Positions 26,835 through 37,880 of a stretch of 64,000 bases of DNA are shown here, piece after piece. Location of the stretch: the IMG/VR virus record IMGVR_UViG_3300006329_000001, positions 32,001-96,000 of that record. One strand, written 5' to 3'. Below the pieces are notes generated by a model. It was given only the letters and a program-made list of their open reading frames with translations. It was not told the origin of the DNA and ran no database searches. Position numbers and translations under genes: made by a program. Each line of letters begins with the position of its first letter. Position 1 is the stretch's first letter. The DNA is from a virus.

Positions 26835-27087
26835 CAGTTTTCTCCTTAACAAGTTGCAATAGTAGACTTTTAATGTCGGTTACATCAGATTTTAATGCAT
26901 TTACCTGATTTTGTAAAGAGGTAAATTCAGTTTTCTTACGTTGCCTTTCATTATAAGACTGCATGTATTTAGAATATTCATCGCCATCGGTCATTACGAT
27001 AGCGTTGGATTCTGTATCTCTATAGAATCCTTTGTTTTCATCCCCTTCTACAGGGATAAATCTCTTTCCAGTAAAATTATAGTCCAT
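26824..27087 (-). CDS. Small coiled-coil virion-associated hypothetical
   Basis: FYRDTESNAIV...LKSDVTDIKSLLLQL; coupled to the VrlC-like gene by TAATG. Confidence 0.7.
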   Translation of the reverse strand: MDYNFTGKRFIPVEGDENKGFYRDTESNAIVMTDGDEYSKYMQSYNERQRKKTEFTSLQNQVNALKSDVTDIKSLLLQLVKEKTDAS

Positions 27088-30000
27088 TATGAAGCAAATG
27101 CAATAGCTCGCATATCCTTAACAAGAGGTACCTTCGCTTGGTTAGTACCTGTCATGACAATTTTGATCTGGAATGCTTGGAATTCCTCACCTGTAACAGT
27201 GTATTCGAAGTCTTCCCATTCTTCCTCACCTACATTGGTAGCACCAATTTCGGGAAGTGGAATAGAAACCCAACCAATCTCATCCATTACTTTATCAGAT
27301 CCTGGTTTCTGTATTCTGTAGTAAAGTTTGATATTGGAATCTCCAAATCTCATCATTGCTATCATAATACGAATAGATCGTGATAAGTTAGACAGTCTAG
27401 CAGTCTTAGTGATGTAGACTGCTTCGTTCTGATCACCTGAAGGTAATAGTGAAACATCAGCAGTGGTATCAATATCAGCTTGTAGTCCTAGGACTTGCTG
27501 ACCACCTGGCCATCTGTTGATTCTATTACTTGTTGTGATAGCAGAAACCCTATCAAGGTCAACAACAGGAGTCAGATTATCTTTCTCCGTTGACATGTCA
27601 ATACGCATGGTAAATGACTTGTTACCTTCTAGTTTATTGTCCTCATTAATCTGAGAACATATAATTCTAGGATTATTAAAGTAGTTCTCTTCATTAATCT
27701 GAATTATATCATAGGTACCATTGTTAACAAAGGATGCTTGGTCAACAATAGTTCCACTGGTACCGATAGAAGTACCAGAAGTAGTATTGATAGATGCTAC
27801 TATATCAGTTTCCTTAAAGTTCATTACCTGTATTGTTGGAGTAATGAGTTCGAAAGGAACGTTCTGGGTTGCGGTCACGCCTGGACCACCAGTACGGATA
27901 CCCACACTAGCAGTGGATGTTGTTGGTAGAGTGTATGAATCTAATGTTGGATCATCAATAGCAGTATGTGTCTTATTGATTTCTGTTAGTGGTATACCAT
28001 CAAGGTTATAACACTCAACAATAGATCCTGCTGGCCATTCTCTTGCAACAGTTCCTGCTGCTGCTCTACCAGAAGTTGCTACAGTAATAGTAGTACCAGT
28101 AGAGTTAATTGCACTATAAGCAACTATCTCATGTACTGGATCCCAACCTGCCCATGCTTCAGTTGCTTCATCTTCACCAGGTATAGATCCTACAGCAGAA
28201 GGGAATTCTGCAGCATAGATCTTAAGATACCCTTGGTTGGTATTACTAATAGATTGTCCATTTATAATCTTATGGAATGTACCTGCTTCCTGTACTGCTA
28301 TAGATGTTGCAGTGGAAGATAGGGTTGTGTTAAGAACAGTAGATGGAATCTCTGATCTTACACCTGTAATTGTTACGTTGTTTGAGCGATTATGCATTCC
28401 ATGATTAGGATGGAAGACATGTAATTTCTTATCAACTGCCCTAGCAGTGGGTGTTAAAGCTGGATAGGCGGTATAGCTGTCACCACTGTAGGAAGCACTA
28501 GACATAGTACCAGAAACTCCGCCAGGCTCTGATAAGGTGTCGTTCGATACATCAAACTGACTGTCAACATAATTCGCTGTAATAGTGGTTGTTCCTGCAT
28601 TGTAATCCGTTACTACTGCTGTTGCTCCTGAACTAGATCCAGTAATTACATCCCCTGCTGAGAATGTACCGTTGTTCACTGTGGACATCACAATAGTCAC
28701 TGAGGACTGTGATGACTTAAGTGCTTGGAATGGATCTCCATTACCATCGATGAAACCTTGAGCAAACGTTCCGACTATATCGGTAACGGTAAGGATCTCT
28801 GGGTTTGCAACAGAATCAAATTCTACCACAGTTCCTTCTGCATTGGAAGGGGTCTGTTTGACTCTTGCACCAACTGTAAAGTTATAATTGTTACCAGTTG
28901 GTAAGGTAATTTGTTGTTGAGGTTTAATTGTTGTTACAGGATTATTTACCAAACTTAATATTCCATCGTTGGCAAGACCTAATTTCGTATTGTTAAATAC
29001 TGCTCTTCCTGTAACTCCTGTGTCAAATGTTGCACGATATAATGTGAATTTAAGGTCTTCGTATTGGTCTGCAGTCCATGTAGATGCGTTCTGTGATTTA
29101 AAGAGAACACCTGCATATGGCTGCTCTGATATAGTTCTAGTTCCTGTGACATCAATGTCACCCATTCTTGAGATCCATACTTTATATTCGTTAGAGTCAG
29201 AGAATAGAACAAAGCAATGTTCTTCTGAAGCAGGAATATAAACTGGTGCAGGGAATGTGAACCTAGTTGCGATAGATGCATTCTCAGATACCTCAACACC
29301 TGATGGTTCTATAGTAACATCAGAGAAAGGTAAAATGTCTTTAGTTGGATATCCATTCTCCATAGGACGTATCTGCATAGAGATAGGAATATTAGTGTCC
29401 TTAGTACCGAAGAAGATATCTACAGCAGTAACAAATGTACCACCTTGCTGTTCTAACAAGAATGATTGAGCAAGTGGATCCCACCAACCAACCTGTCTTG
29501 TATTAGTTCTAGTAGAACGAACTGTCCTTCTATCAGTAACAGTATCACGAACAACTGAAGCATTTCTAACAGCAAGAATATTTTCCTGAACTGTATTTAA
29601 TGTACCCCTAGCTGTATATTCTGCCTCAGCAGCTGAATCAACTGCACCAGGGAGTCTGCTATCGGTCTCTGAGGATGATAATCTGAATACTCTGGAACCA
29701 GTTGCCCAACGTGGATTGGAACTATTCTGAGGGTTAGGTATAAAGAATACACCCTTCATGTTTCCAATCAAGTCAGATATTAATCTACGATCTTTAACAA
29801 CGGCCCGTGCACCTGAAGTTTGACCGACGAGAATTTCTCCAATTCTTGCGTTACCATAGTAGTCAGGTGAAATGGTTTGTGCCATTACAACTGTGTCTAT
29901 GTTTAGAATTGCAGTCTGTGATGCATAAGAGTCTGGGAGGTTAGCATTAGTCTGACTATATGGGTCAGTTGCTAAACCATCATTAGGTGCTGCAACTCTA

Positions 30001-33000
30001 AATCTTGATCCAGATTGTGCACCAATTACAGTCTCACCAATAACAAATGGTGTCTCATTAGTTCTAGCATCTTCAGATGAGTTCTTAACGATCTCAATCA
30101 ACTTAGGTGTAATGTAAGTCATTATATTATCACCATCAAAGAATGCGTACATTCTGGTCTTAGGTTTGATACGTTGTACATCAAATCCAACGTTCCTAGA
30201 CCTGATCCATGGTATAAATGTACTATCAATAACACTGTCTCCTAGAGATCTTCTATCAATCCTAGGTACAACACGAGTTCTAATACCACTTCTTACCTGA
30301 CGACGTGTAGTGGTAATAGTCTGAGTCGCCATGATTCTTCTAGGCACACCACGAGAGAATGAATGTTCTCTCCATCTTCTTGTGTTAGTTCTTCTAGTAC
30401 CTGTCCAAGTAGTTCTCCATGCTCTCCATTGTATAGGAGCAAAACCTTGTTGGTTTACACGCAATCTTCTACGAGTTGCTTGGAAGTTACCTTCTATATT
30501 TGTAATTCTTGCAGGAGCACGACGTGTGTCAGTCCAGTCATCAGATGCAGGTGTAAGATCAATACGACCAATGAATGTGAAGACGTTAAATGGGTTAACG
30601 TTCTCCATTCTAGAAGCATATGGTTGTATGATTAACGCATCAGATGTGTATGGAAGAGTGATTAAGTTAGCAACTGCTTTCTGTACATTAGTAGAAGAAG
30701 TTGAGTTCCACTGTAATGCTACGTTAGTAGTATAATGCTGTGGACGTAGATTACCTTCTGTGAAGTCTAATGAACACTTATAGTCTAAGTTCTCTGTAGC
30801 AGAAGTTCCATGAGATGTAAAGTCATCAACCATGAATCCATTCTTAAGACGATCAAATCCATCATCATCATATGCTTTAACATTTCTAGCATCACTCTCA
30901 AGAAGAGATAGAGAAGTATAGTACTCAACGTCTTGTAAACGTCTGTCCATGTTACCTATGTCTTCCATAGTGTAACGACGTTGTTGGTGTAGAGTAATAA
31001 TTACATCTTCATCTACATCATAAACATATGGTTGGTAGCTAATCTTGGCAAGTAACATTGCATTGTCAAGATCATCTGCTTCAGGAGGATCTTCTGAAGG
31101 TATACCTTCAGATAATTTTAGATCACCATCATGTGTCATGAATAGTTTATCACGACGTGGTAGATAGTATTCGTAGTCAGCACGGAATTCTTCTTCTACC
31201 TTAGGTACGTTAAAGATAGTAGAACCACCTGCACCACCAGTGCTTGTGAATACTCTTGAGTCAAAGTCTAAACTTACACAGTTTGTGTAGTATGGTTGCT
31301 CAACTGTACCAGATCCAGATGCTAGTTCTCCAACAGCAGGTCTGAAGTCTACAGTATCAGTTAAGTACTTACTATTGTTATTACCTCTCCATCTAGGAAT
31401 TTCAGAGAAGTCAATACCAGAGTAAGATTGGTTAGCAAAGTAGTCACCTGACGCTTCATGAATGAAGTAGTCAAATACAACTGCTAATTTTCTACGAGGT
31501 TCAGCAGTTCCACCTTTTCTAAGAAGTTTGGAAACACTATAGTAGTAGGAATTTAAGCTAGCGTCTAAGTCGAAGTTCGCTGTGATGTTTTTTGATCCTC
31601 TTTCGAGTGATCCATCAGCATCATCAACGACACCAACCAAAGCATTAAGATCGTCATCAAAGCCATCGATGGTCTCTCCTGAATTAAAGAATTCTGAACT
31701 TGTAGGTACAAGATATAATCTAAGATTGTTAGAGTTAAATGATACAACTCTTGCACGAGCACCACTTGTTCTACCAACAACAATAGATCCTGGATCGAAG
31801 AATACATTCTCCGTTAGAATCACATAAGGTACTTGAGCATCACCATCATCTTCTGATTCATATACAGCATGTAGTTTGTATACATCATTCAGTGCGAATG
31901 AAATCTCTTCATCCTCAATACGAGTACCATATAAGTTACCGTATGTTAAACCGTAGTTCTGTACATCAGTATTGTTTCTAGTACGAACAACTTTCATCAC
32001 TCGCATCTTAGCAGCAGTCTTAATCTTCTTAGATACTGTATTGACAGAAACTGCAGCAGTTAGAGTTACCTCAGTAATATTAGAAGCACCACCACTACCT
32101 TGGTTCATACCAGTGACCTGTAGTGACTGTCTATTAGCACCAAAGGTTACACCGATAGTAGGTGAGTTCTTAGTAGATTCATTCTCAATATCAATGTTAG
32201 TACCTACATTCCAACCATATCCTGTATGACTGTTAGCACCTTGTGTAACTGTAAGAATATAGTTCTCACTATCAAGAGTAGTAAACTGTTCGTTCTCTGG
32301 TAGTGTGAATGTAACGTCACCAGATGATAACTGTTTGTTAGCGAAGGTTTTTATTACAACAAATGATTCATCAGAGATTGACTTAATGGCATGTTTAGGC
32401 ATGTCAATAACCAATTCTCCATCCTGTACAGTCTTCGTTGCAAATCTAGGACGTAATCTAACAACCTGTGCTGAAGGATATTCAGCATCAGGAACAGTAC
32501 CTTTAGTTAAACCTGTGTCTAATGCAGCATGTTGGTTAGTGAAATCAAATACAACAGCAGTACCAGGATCATTCCTGTTTGCAGTAGTAAATCCAATAGC
32601 AGTTTGATCTATTCTCTTAACTCGAATAGAGTTCTGTGCTTTAAAATCTGTATTAGTTGCAGTTATAACTTCACCTGCACGAATATCACTTTCGAATCTT
32701 GTACCGAAACCTTCTATTCTATCGTTACCACCTGTTGCATCAATATTAATAGTTGTACCTGGAATAGCCTCTCTAAGGTTAAGTGCTAATGAAGCAGTAA
32801 AGATAACAGTAGCACCATCTTTACCTACAACTTGACGAACATCAGATTGCTCATAAGCATATACAGCATCCAATGTATCTAATACTCTACCATCTCTAGT
32901 GATAACTTCACCGATTTGGAAATCTCCTGAAACTTGATGTACTAAACAAGAAGCACCTGAACCACTGTAAACAAATGCAGTAGCACCTGACTGACGACCT

Positions 33001-34454
33001 TTTAATACTTCACCAGAGTTAACTGTCTGACTGTTTGCAAAGTTCAGAGCAGTAAACATCTGTATATCAAACATAAACAGATTGTATCTACTAGAATCTC
33101 TTTCTAATTGTAGAGTTCTTGCTTTACCAATTAGTGCACCCTGAACACTGTTAGATGCTCCTGTACCAGACCAATTGTCTCTTAGTTCTAATACCTGATA
33201 ACAGTTAGTTACACCCTCTCCAGAGATCTCTGGCCAACCCCAGATGTCATATACCTCACATGACTGTGATAAGTCAATAGGAATAATCTGGTTGTTACGT
33301 CCAACAAAGGTACGAGGTTTTGGTGCGTCAACATAGTTAGCAGCAAGTAGTTCTGTTCTAAAACCTTTTACATATGCTTTACCCTTACCAACCTCTAATG
33401 CCATGTAGTTGCTAGAAGCAACGTTACCATCTGCAGAATTTTGTCCTGCATTGTAAACACCATTATTAAAGAAATCATTTAGATGTTCTCTAGGACGTAC
33501 ATCAAATGAATCAACAACATAATCTCCATGCGTTTCATAAGTACGACGAGCAATAGATTTCTCAATCTCGTTATACTCAGTACGATCAACGAAGTTTTCT
33601 ACAATAGAATTCTTAAGACGTAAGAGTTCTATAAAGTTCTTATCAGTATCATCAGTTATTGGTTTCTTAACCAATGTACATTTGATTCTGAATCTATGAG
33701 AACCTGGTGCAGAATAGTTCGATGAACCAATCGCATTGTCTGTTAGGGCTGGGTCGTCTTCTGGAGTGATGATCGACTCTGATACTTCGAATCCGACTCT
33801 GTAGGAAGGATTATTGGTATACTGATCCAGGATAATGTAAGCAGAAGAAATGTCAACGAAATGCCCACGGATGAAATAAACTCCTTCATTGATATACGCT
33901 GTAGAACCTATTTGTGCTGCATCAACTGGTAATAGTTGAGCGAATGGTGATCCAACTTCGATTAAAGTATTACCGAATGTTAGTTCATTTTCACATATTA
34001 ACTGTTCGTTGTTCTGGAATACCTTTGTGTTTACATCAGATGTAGTATCACCAGACTCAACATACTTAAGATAGAAACTTATATAACCACGAGTTGATTC
34101 AGTAGCAGGGATAGAGAATAGGATCTTAGCTTTAATGCCAGTAGTAAGACCTTCTACAATCTTTCCATGTAACTGTTCCCTATAAGTCTCAACGTCAACT
34201 CCCAAAAACGCTTGCTGAATAAGGATGTTATGTACAGATAGGTCATATCCAATTTGTCCAGGAATGACCATAGCACCTTCTTTAAAGAGGTGCGTTCCCA
34301 TGTTCTCGATCTGATTCTGCAGAATCGATTGCATAGTGGTAAGTTCTCTTGCCTGGATTGGGAATCCTGGTCTAAAGAGTACTCTATAAAAATTATTGTC
34401 TTTGCTGAAATCGTCGAAATACGGAGCGATATTCAGATTGGTATTCTGTGGCAT
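27087..34454 (-). CDS. Large virion structural protein, VrlC-like / DUF4815-type
   Basis: NLNIAPYFDDF...VLFRPGFPIQARELTTMQSILQNQ N-terminus; DPLAQSF and SQNASTWTADQYEDLKF motifs. Confidence 0.8.
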   Translation of the reverse strand: MPQNTNLNIAPYFDDFSKDNNFYRVLFRPGFPIQARELTTMQSILQNQIENMGTHLFKEGAMVIPGQIGYDLSVHNILIQQAFLGVDVETYREQLHGKIVEGLTTGIKAKILFSIPATESTRGYISFYLKYVESGDTTSDVNTKVFQNNEQLICENELTFGNTLIEVGSPFAQLLPVDAAQIGSTAYINEGVYFIRGHFVDISSAYIILDQYTNNPSYRVGFEVSESIITPEDDPALTDNAIGSSNYSAPGSHRFRIKCTLVKKPITDDTDKNFIELLRLKNSIVENFVDRTEYNEIEKSIARRTYETHGDYVVDSFDVRPREHLNDFFNNGVYNAGQNSADGNVASSNYMALEVGKGKAYVKGFRTELLAANYVDAPKPRTFVGRNNQIIPIDLSQSCEVYDIWGWPEISGEGVTNCYQVLELRDNWSGTGASNSVQGALIGKARTLQLERDSSRYNLFMFDIQMFTALNFANSQTVNSGEVLKGRQSGATAFVYSGSGASCLVHQVSGDFQIGEVITRDGRVLDTLDAVYAYEQSDVRQVVGKDGATVIFTASLALNLREAIPGTTINIDATGGNDRIEGFGTRFESDIRAGEVITATNTDFKAQNSIRVKRIDQTAIGFTTANRNDPGTAVVFDFTNQHAALDTGLTKGTVPDAEYPSAQVVRLRPRFATKTVQDGELVIDMPKHAIKSISDESFVVIKTFANKQLSSGDVTFTLPENEQFTTLDSENYILTVTQGANSHTGYGWNVGTNIDIENESTKNSPTIGVTFGANRQSLQVTGMNQGSGGASNITEVTLTAAVSVNTVSKKIKTAAKMRVMKVVRTRNNTDVQNYGLTYGNLYGTRIEDEEISFALNDVYKLHAVYESEDDGDAQVPYVILTENVFFDPGSIVVGRTSGARARVVSFNSNNLRLYLVPTSSEFFNSGETIDGFDDDLNALVGVVDDADGSLERGSKNITANFDLDASLNSYYYSVSKLLRKGGTAEPRRKLAVVFDYFIHEASGDYFANQSYSGIDFSEIPRWRGNNNSKYLTDTVDFRPAVGELASGSGTVEQPYYTNCVSLDFDSRVFTSTGGAGGSTIFNVPKVEEEFRADYEYYLPRRDKLFMTHDGDLKLSEGIPSEDPPEADDLDNAMLLAKISYQPYVYDVDEDVIITLHQQRRYTMEDIGNMDRRLQDVEYYTSLSLLESDARNVKAYDDDGFDRLKNGFMVDDFTSHGTSATENLDYKCSLDFTEGNLRPQHYTTNVALQWNSTSSTNVQKAVANLITLPYTSDALIIQPYASRMENVNPFNVFTFIGRIDLTPASDDWTDTRRAPARITNIEGNFQATRRRLRVNQQGFAPIQWRAWRTTWTGTRRTNTRRWREHSFSRGVPRRIMATQTITTTRRQVRSGIRTRVVPRIDRRSLGDSVIDSTFIPWIRSRNVGFDVQRIKPKTRMYAFFDGDNIMTYITPKLIEIVKNSSEDARTNETPFVIGETVIGAQSGSRFRVAAPNDGLATDPYSQTNANLPDSYASQTAILNIDTVVMAQTISPDYYGNARIGEILVGQTSGARAVVKDRRLISDLIGNMKGVFFIPNPQNSSNPRWATGSRVFRLSSSETDSRLPGAVDSAAEAEYTARGTLNTVQENILAVRNASVVRDTVTDRRTVRSTRTNTRQVGWWDPLAQSFLLEQQGGTFVTAVDIFFGTKDTNIPISMQIRPMENGYPTKDILPFSDVTIEPSGVEVSENASIATRFTFPAPVYIPASEEHCFVLFSDSNEYKVWISRMGDIDVTGTRTISEQPYAGVLFKSQNASTWTADQYEDLKFTLYRATFDTGVTGRAVFNNTKLGLANDGILSLVNNPVTTIKPQQQITLPTGNNYNFTVGARVKQTPSNAEGTVVEFDSVANPEILTVTDIVGTFAQGFIDGNGDPFQALKSSQSSVTIVMSTVNNGTFSAGDVITGSSSGATAVVTDYNAGTTTITANYVDSQFDVSNDTLSEPGGVSGTMSSASYSGDSYTAYPALTPTARAVDKKLHVFHPNHGMHNRSNNVTITGVRSEIPSTVLNTTLSSTATSIAVQEAGTFHKIINGQSISNTNQGYLKIYAAEFPSAVGSIPGEDEATEAWAGWDPVHEIVAYSAINSTGTTITVATSGRAAAGTVAREWPAGSIVECYNLDGIPLTEINKTHTAIDDPTLDSYTLPTTSTASVGIRTGGPGVTATQNVPFELITPTIQVMNFKETDIVASINTTSGTSIGTSGTIVDQASFVNNGTYDIIQINEENYFNNPRIICSQINEDNKLEGNKSFTMRIDMSTEKDNLTPVVDLDRVSAITTSNRINRWPGGQQVLGLQADIDTTADVSLLPSGDQNEAVYITKTARLSNLSRSIRIMIAMMRFGDSNIKLYYRIQKPGSDKVMDEIGWVSIPLPEIGATNVGEEEWEDFEYTVTGEEFQAFQIKIVMTGTNQAKVPLVKDMRAIAFAS

Positions 34455-34458
34455 TGAT

Positions 34459-35994
34459 TTAGAATTCTACTACGATCTTGATATCTTCGATTTGGTCACC
34501 TGCACGAGAAATCGCACCTCTATTATCTATGTAAATAATCTCACCAGAGTTTGGCTCGATCTCAGGTTTAGCATATCCGTTGGTGAACGACATACCTAAA
34601 TCATATTCTGTGTTGTTAATAATACGAGTGGATGAACCAGAAACAATTGGGAAGTTGATGTCTGGGTCAGCAGAGGTACCTGATGTAGCACCTACCACAG
34701 GGTTACCACCCTCAAAGTCAGTTAGGTTACCAGTAATTTCTGGGAACACACCGTCAATTCTATTTTGATAGAATTTCAGGACTTTAGTGGTATCATTCCA
34801 TGAAATAACCCGACCTCTAGCAGTCACCTGTTGACCACCGACAGTTCGGGATTGTGTTATTATCTCATCAGTTTGGAACTGACCTGTAAAGGTTGGTGAG
34901 AATATAACCGCTTGAGTAGCAGATAATGTAATAGCAGATGTTAGAGCTGTAGTTCCGTACTGCTTGGGATTAATAACCAAACCAATACGACGATAGTCGT
35001 TATCAGTTGGGAAGTCACCTGATCCCTCAGCGTATGTAAATTTGGTGTTGATCATTACACGATATCCACCTAACTCAGAGTCTGGTTCAGCACCATGTCC
35101 TGTCTCAGGAGGAATGATAACGTCAATAGCAGCACCAGTACCAGTTCCTGCACCAATACCATTGACTTCATCAATAACGATCTTACCGAAGTTGTATCCA
35201 GATCCACCAGATGTCACAGTAGCGTTAACTATACGTCCACCATCAACAACCAGTGATACTCTTCCACCAACTCCATCACCTTTAATAGGAACGTTTTCAT
35301 ACGTTCCGTTGTTGTATCCAGTACCTGATGCTTGGATAACAACAGTATCAATCTCTCCACCAACAGCATCACCTGTAACAGCAACGTCTGCAAGTACAGG
35401 CATATAATCGTTAGAGAAGAATTTTAAGACTTGACCAACAGGTATAGTATAAAGATACTTCCAACGATAGCCGTCACTGGTAGTGATAATACTTGTGGAA
35501 GTACCAGTAGGCTCAACCGTGGATGGTTTGCCATTTGGGTCTGAAGGAGACGTGCCATTGTAGATACATTTATAAGTTTGATATTGTGAGTTAACTACAT
35601 AAAAATCAGCATCATACAACTTAGTTGCACCAGAAGACGCAGTTTTAGTAGAACTATAATCATGACGGTACATGTCATAGACATAACCTAATCCACCAGT
35701 AGTTTGTTCTGGTGGTGTCCAGTCAATTCGCCTTACAACCTGGATTGTATCGTTAGCAAGAACCCTCTTAAGAGAGATCATGTCAGCGAATGTGTCTGAA
35801 AACTCTTGGAAAGAATCGACAGGGGTAGGAGGAGCATTCTCATTGTCCCACTCTTGTGGTCTTCCAATGAAAACATACAACCTGTCCCTCGACGTTCCCG
35901 CCTCAAGGTCTGACTGCGATGGGTCGGCACCCTCTAGAGCTTTAATAAATCTCTCCGCAGTGAAAATTCTAAATTGATCGGTGAGTAGTGCCAT
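34459..35994 (-). CDS. gp8: Baseplate wedge protein gp8
   Basis: YDMYRHDY, FYVVNSQYQTYKCI, DGYRWKYLY and IIYIDNR...QIEDIKIVVEF motifs. Promoter ATAAATA at 36017-36023. Confidence 0.9.
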   Translation of the reverse strand: MALLTDQFRIFTAERFIKALEGADPSQSDLEAGTSRDRLYVFIGRPQEWDNENAPPTPVDSFQEFSDTFADMISLKRVLANDTIQVVRRIDWTPPEQTTGGLGYVYDMYRHDYSSTKTASSGATKLYDADFYVVNSQYQTYKCIYNGTSPSDPNGKPSTVEPTGTSTSIITTSDGYRWKYLYTIPVGQVLKFFSNDYMPVLADVAVTGDAVGGEIDTVVIQASGTGYNNGTYENVPIKGDGVGGRVSLVVDGGRIVNATVTSGGSGYNFGKIVIDEVNGIGAGTGTGAAIDVIIPPETGHGAEPDSELGGYRVMINTKFTYAEGSGDFPTDNDYRRIGLVINPKQYGTTALTSAITLSATQAVIFSPTFTGQFQTDEIITQSRTVGGQQVTARGRVISWNDTTKVLKFYQNRIDGVFPEITGNLTDFEGGNPVVGATSGTSADPDINFPIVSGSSTRIINNTEYDLGMSFTNGYAKPEIEPNSGEIIYIDNRGAISRAGDQIEDIKIVVEF

Positions 35995-36028
35995 CTTAGC
36001 AGTTTAACCTTCCTTTTATTTATGTGAC

Positions 36029-37879
36029 TTATTCAGGTTCGTTTCTGACGAGGTTTGTGAACTCCTCTTTCCAGAAAGTTGATGTTGCACCAGAGCTACC
36101 ACCTGTTAAGGTATCACTGGTTGTAAATTGATATGTATTACCGTTATTTGTTATATCTTCTAACGTTATTTCTACATATCCTGTAGCATAAGCATTGTTA
36201 AATGAGACAACTTTAGCAGTAACCCCAGTGCTTCCACCAGTTACTATCTCTCCAACGATGTAATTTACATTATTCCAAGATTTAGCAACTACTTTAGAAG
36301 TTGCACTATGTGCTAATCCATCACCAAGTGCACCTGCAACAGATACAGTTGATACTAGAGGAACTAAACTGGAATCATATAACTCATCACCTTGTTGGAA
36401 TAAGGTTGTGTTTTGACCACCAACGGTCTCCTCAATACCATAGAGTGATGATGCAACACCACCATCTAGGCTGATCTCATTCTCATAGTCTGTATCAGTA
36501 TTTACCAGGTCAGGGATTCCATCACCTGCACCATCTAGTTCATCATCATCTTCGAAGGTGAAATTCTCTAATAATCCTAGTGGTGAAGTGAATAGTACGA
36601 TGTTACTATTCTGTTGCTCAATTAAGACGTGTGGTGCTTCTCCAGTTTCTGTAGAACTAGCAACACCCCCAATAAACTGGATAACAGCAGTCTTTTCGTT
36701 AGAACGACCACCATCAATAAATGCCAATTCATCAACTTCGAAGATTAAGAATAACTCTCTAGTTGCCTTATTCCAGTCATATACAACAGCAACCTTATTA
36801 GTTTTATCTTCTTCTACTCTTCTAATTCTATCCGAAACAGTGAAGTTATATCCTGATAATCCAGTATCAACATTATTTGCTAAAGCATCTAAGACAATTC
36901 TCTGGTCATATCTAAAGTTAAGACCTCTAGTACATCCAGTAAAACTAATAGTAGTCTTACCAGTATATCTTACAATTTCTGTCCCTATCTGGAATTTACC
37001 AGAACCAGGATATGCATCAGTAGTCTGAACATATAAGACAGTATCTGCTGCAGCAGCATTTCTTAATAGTGCAGTTACATTATATAAATCACTCTCTAAT
37101 GATGTTCTATTTCTTTGCGTTCTTATTAAGTTAGTATCTCTAGTAAAGATAACCTGAGGAGGAGCAACATAACTACCACCTGGATTGAGGATATTGATCT
37201 CGGTTATAGCACCAAGATTAATCTTTGCCTCTGCAGTAGCACCGCTACCACCACCACCAATTAGCTGTATAATCGGAGGAGTCTCAAAAAACTCACCTGG
37301 GTTACTGATGTTAATTCCAGTAACAGAGCCGAACTGATTAACCTCAGCAATACCCGTTGCTCCGTCTCCACCACCACCTGATATAACAAGAGTAATATCG
37401 TTGAGATCGTAGTTCCTACCTTTACCTTCGATAGCAAGACCAGTTACACCACCCGTGATAGGAACAAGTTCAGCACCTGATCCTCCACCACCTTTTATCT
37501 CAGCATCAGCAGTAAAATATCCATCACCAGGCTGGGTGACTTGGACTGTTTGTATTCCACCAGTACCATCAGTCTTCAGTACAAGATTAGCATCTGCTTC
37601 TACAACACCAGAATCAGGACTTTCTACTTCCAATCTTAATGGATCATATCCTTCACCTGGATCTACCACATCAACAGAAAGAAGATCTCCATTGACACCA
37701 ATATTTGCACGCAAAACAGCATCCCTAATAGGAGTACCACAATTACCAACTACCAATCTTGGAGGATCAGAAACACTATAACCAGAACCAGGATTGGTCA
37801 CGATTACGTCTCTAACACCGAATACGCTATTAAAGACTGGTTCTATTGTTGCACCTGATCCTGGAACTGTTCTTGCCAT
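36029..37879 (-). CDS. Baseplate-associated structural protein with gp7-type GxGY/GGGxGA repeats
   Basis: Repeated NPGSGY and [11 protein letters not shown] units. Confidence 0.7.
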   Translation of the reverse strand: MARTVPGSGATIEPVFNSVFGVRDVIVTNPGSGYSVSDPPRLVVGNCGTPIRDAVLRANIGVNGDLLSVDVVDPGEGYDPLRLEVESPDSGVVEADANLVLKTDGTGGIQTVQVTQPGDGYFTADAEIKGGGGSGAELVPITGGVTGLAIEGKGRNYDLNDITLVISGGGGDGATGIAEVNQFGSVTGINISNPGEFFETPPIIQLIGGGGSGATAEAKINLGAITEINILNPGGSYVAPPQVIFTRDTNLIRTQRNRTSLESDLYNVTALLRNAAAADTVLYVQTTDAYPGSGKFQIGTEIVRYTGKTTISFTGCTRGLNFRYDQRIVLDALANNVDTGLSGYNFTVSDRIRRVEEDKTNKVAVVYDWNKATRELFLIFEVDELAFIDGGRSNEKTAVIQFIGGVASSTETGEAPHVLIEQQNSNIVLFTSPLGLLENFTFEDDDELDGAGDGIPDLVNTDTDYENEISLDGGVASSLYGIEETVGGQNTTLFQQGDELYDSSLVPLVSTVSVAGALGDGLAHSATSKVVAKSWNNVNYIVGEIVTGGSTGVTAKVVSFNNAYATGYVEITLEDITNNGNTYQFTTSDTLTGGSSGATSTFWKEEFTNLVRNEPE

Positions 37880-37880
37880 G

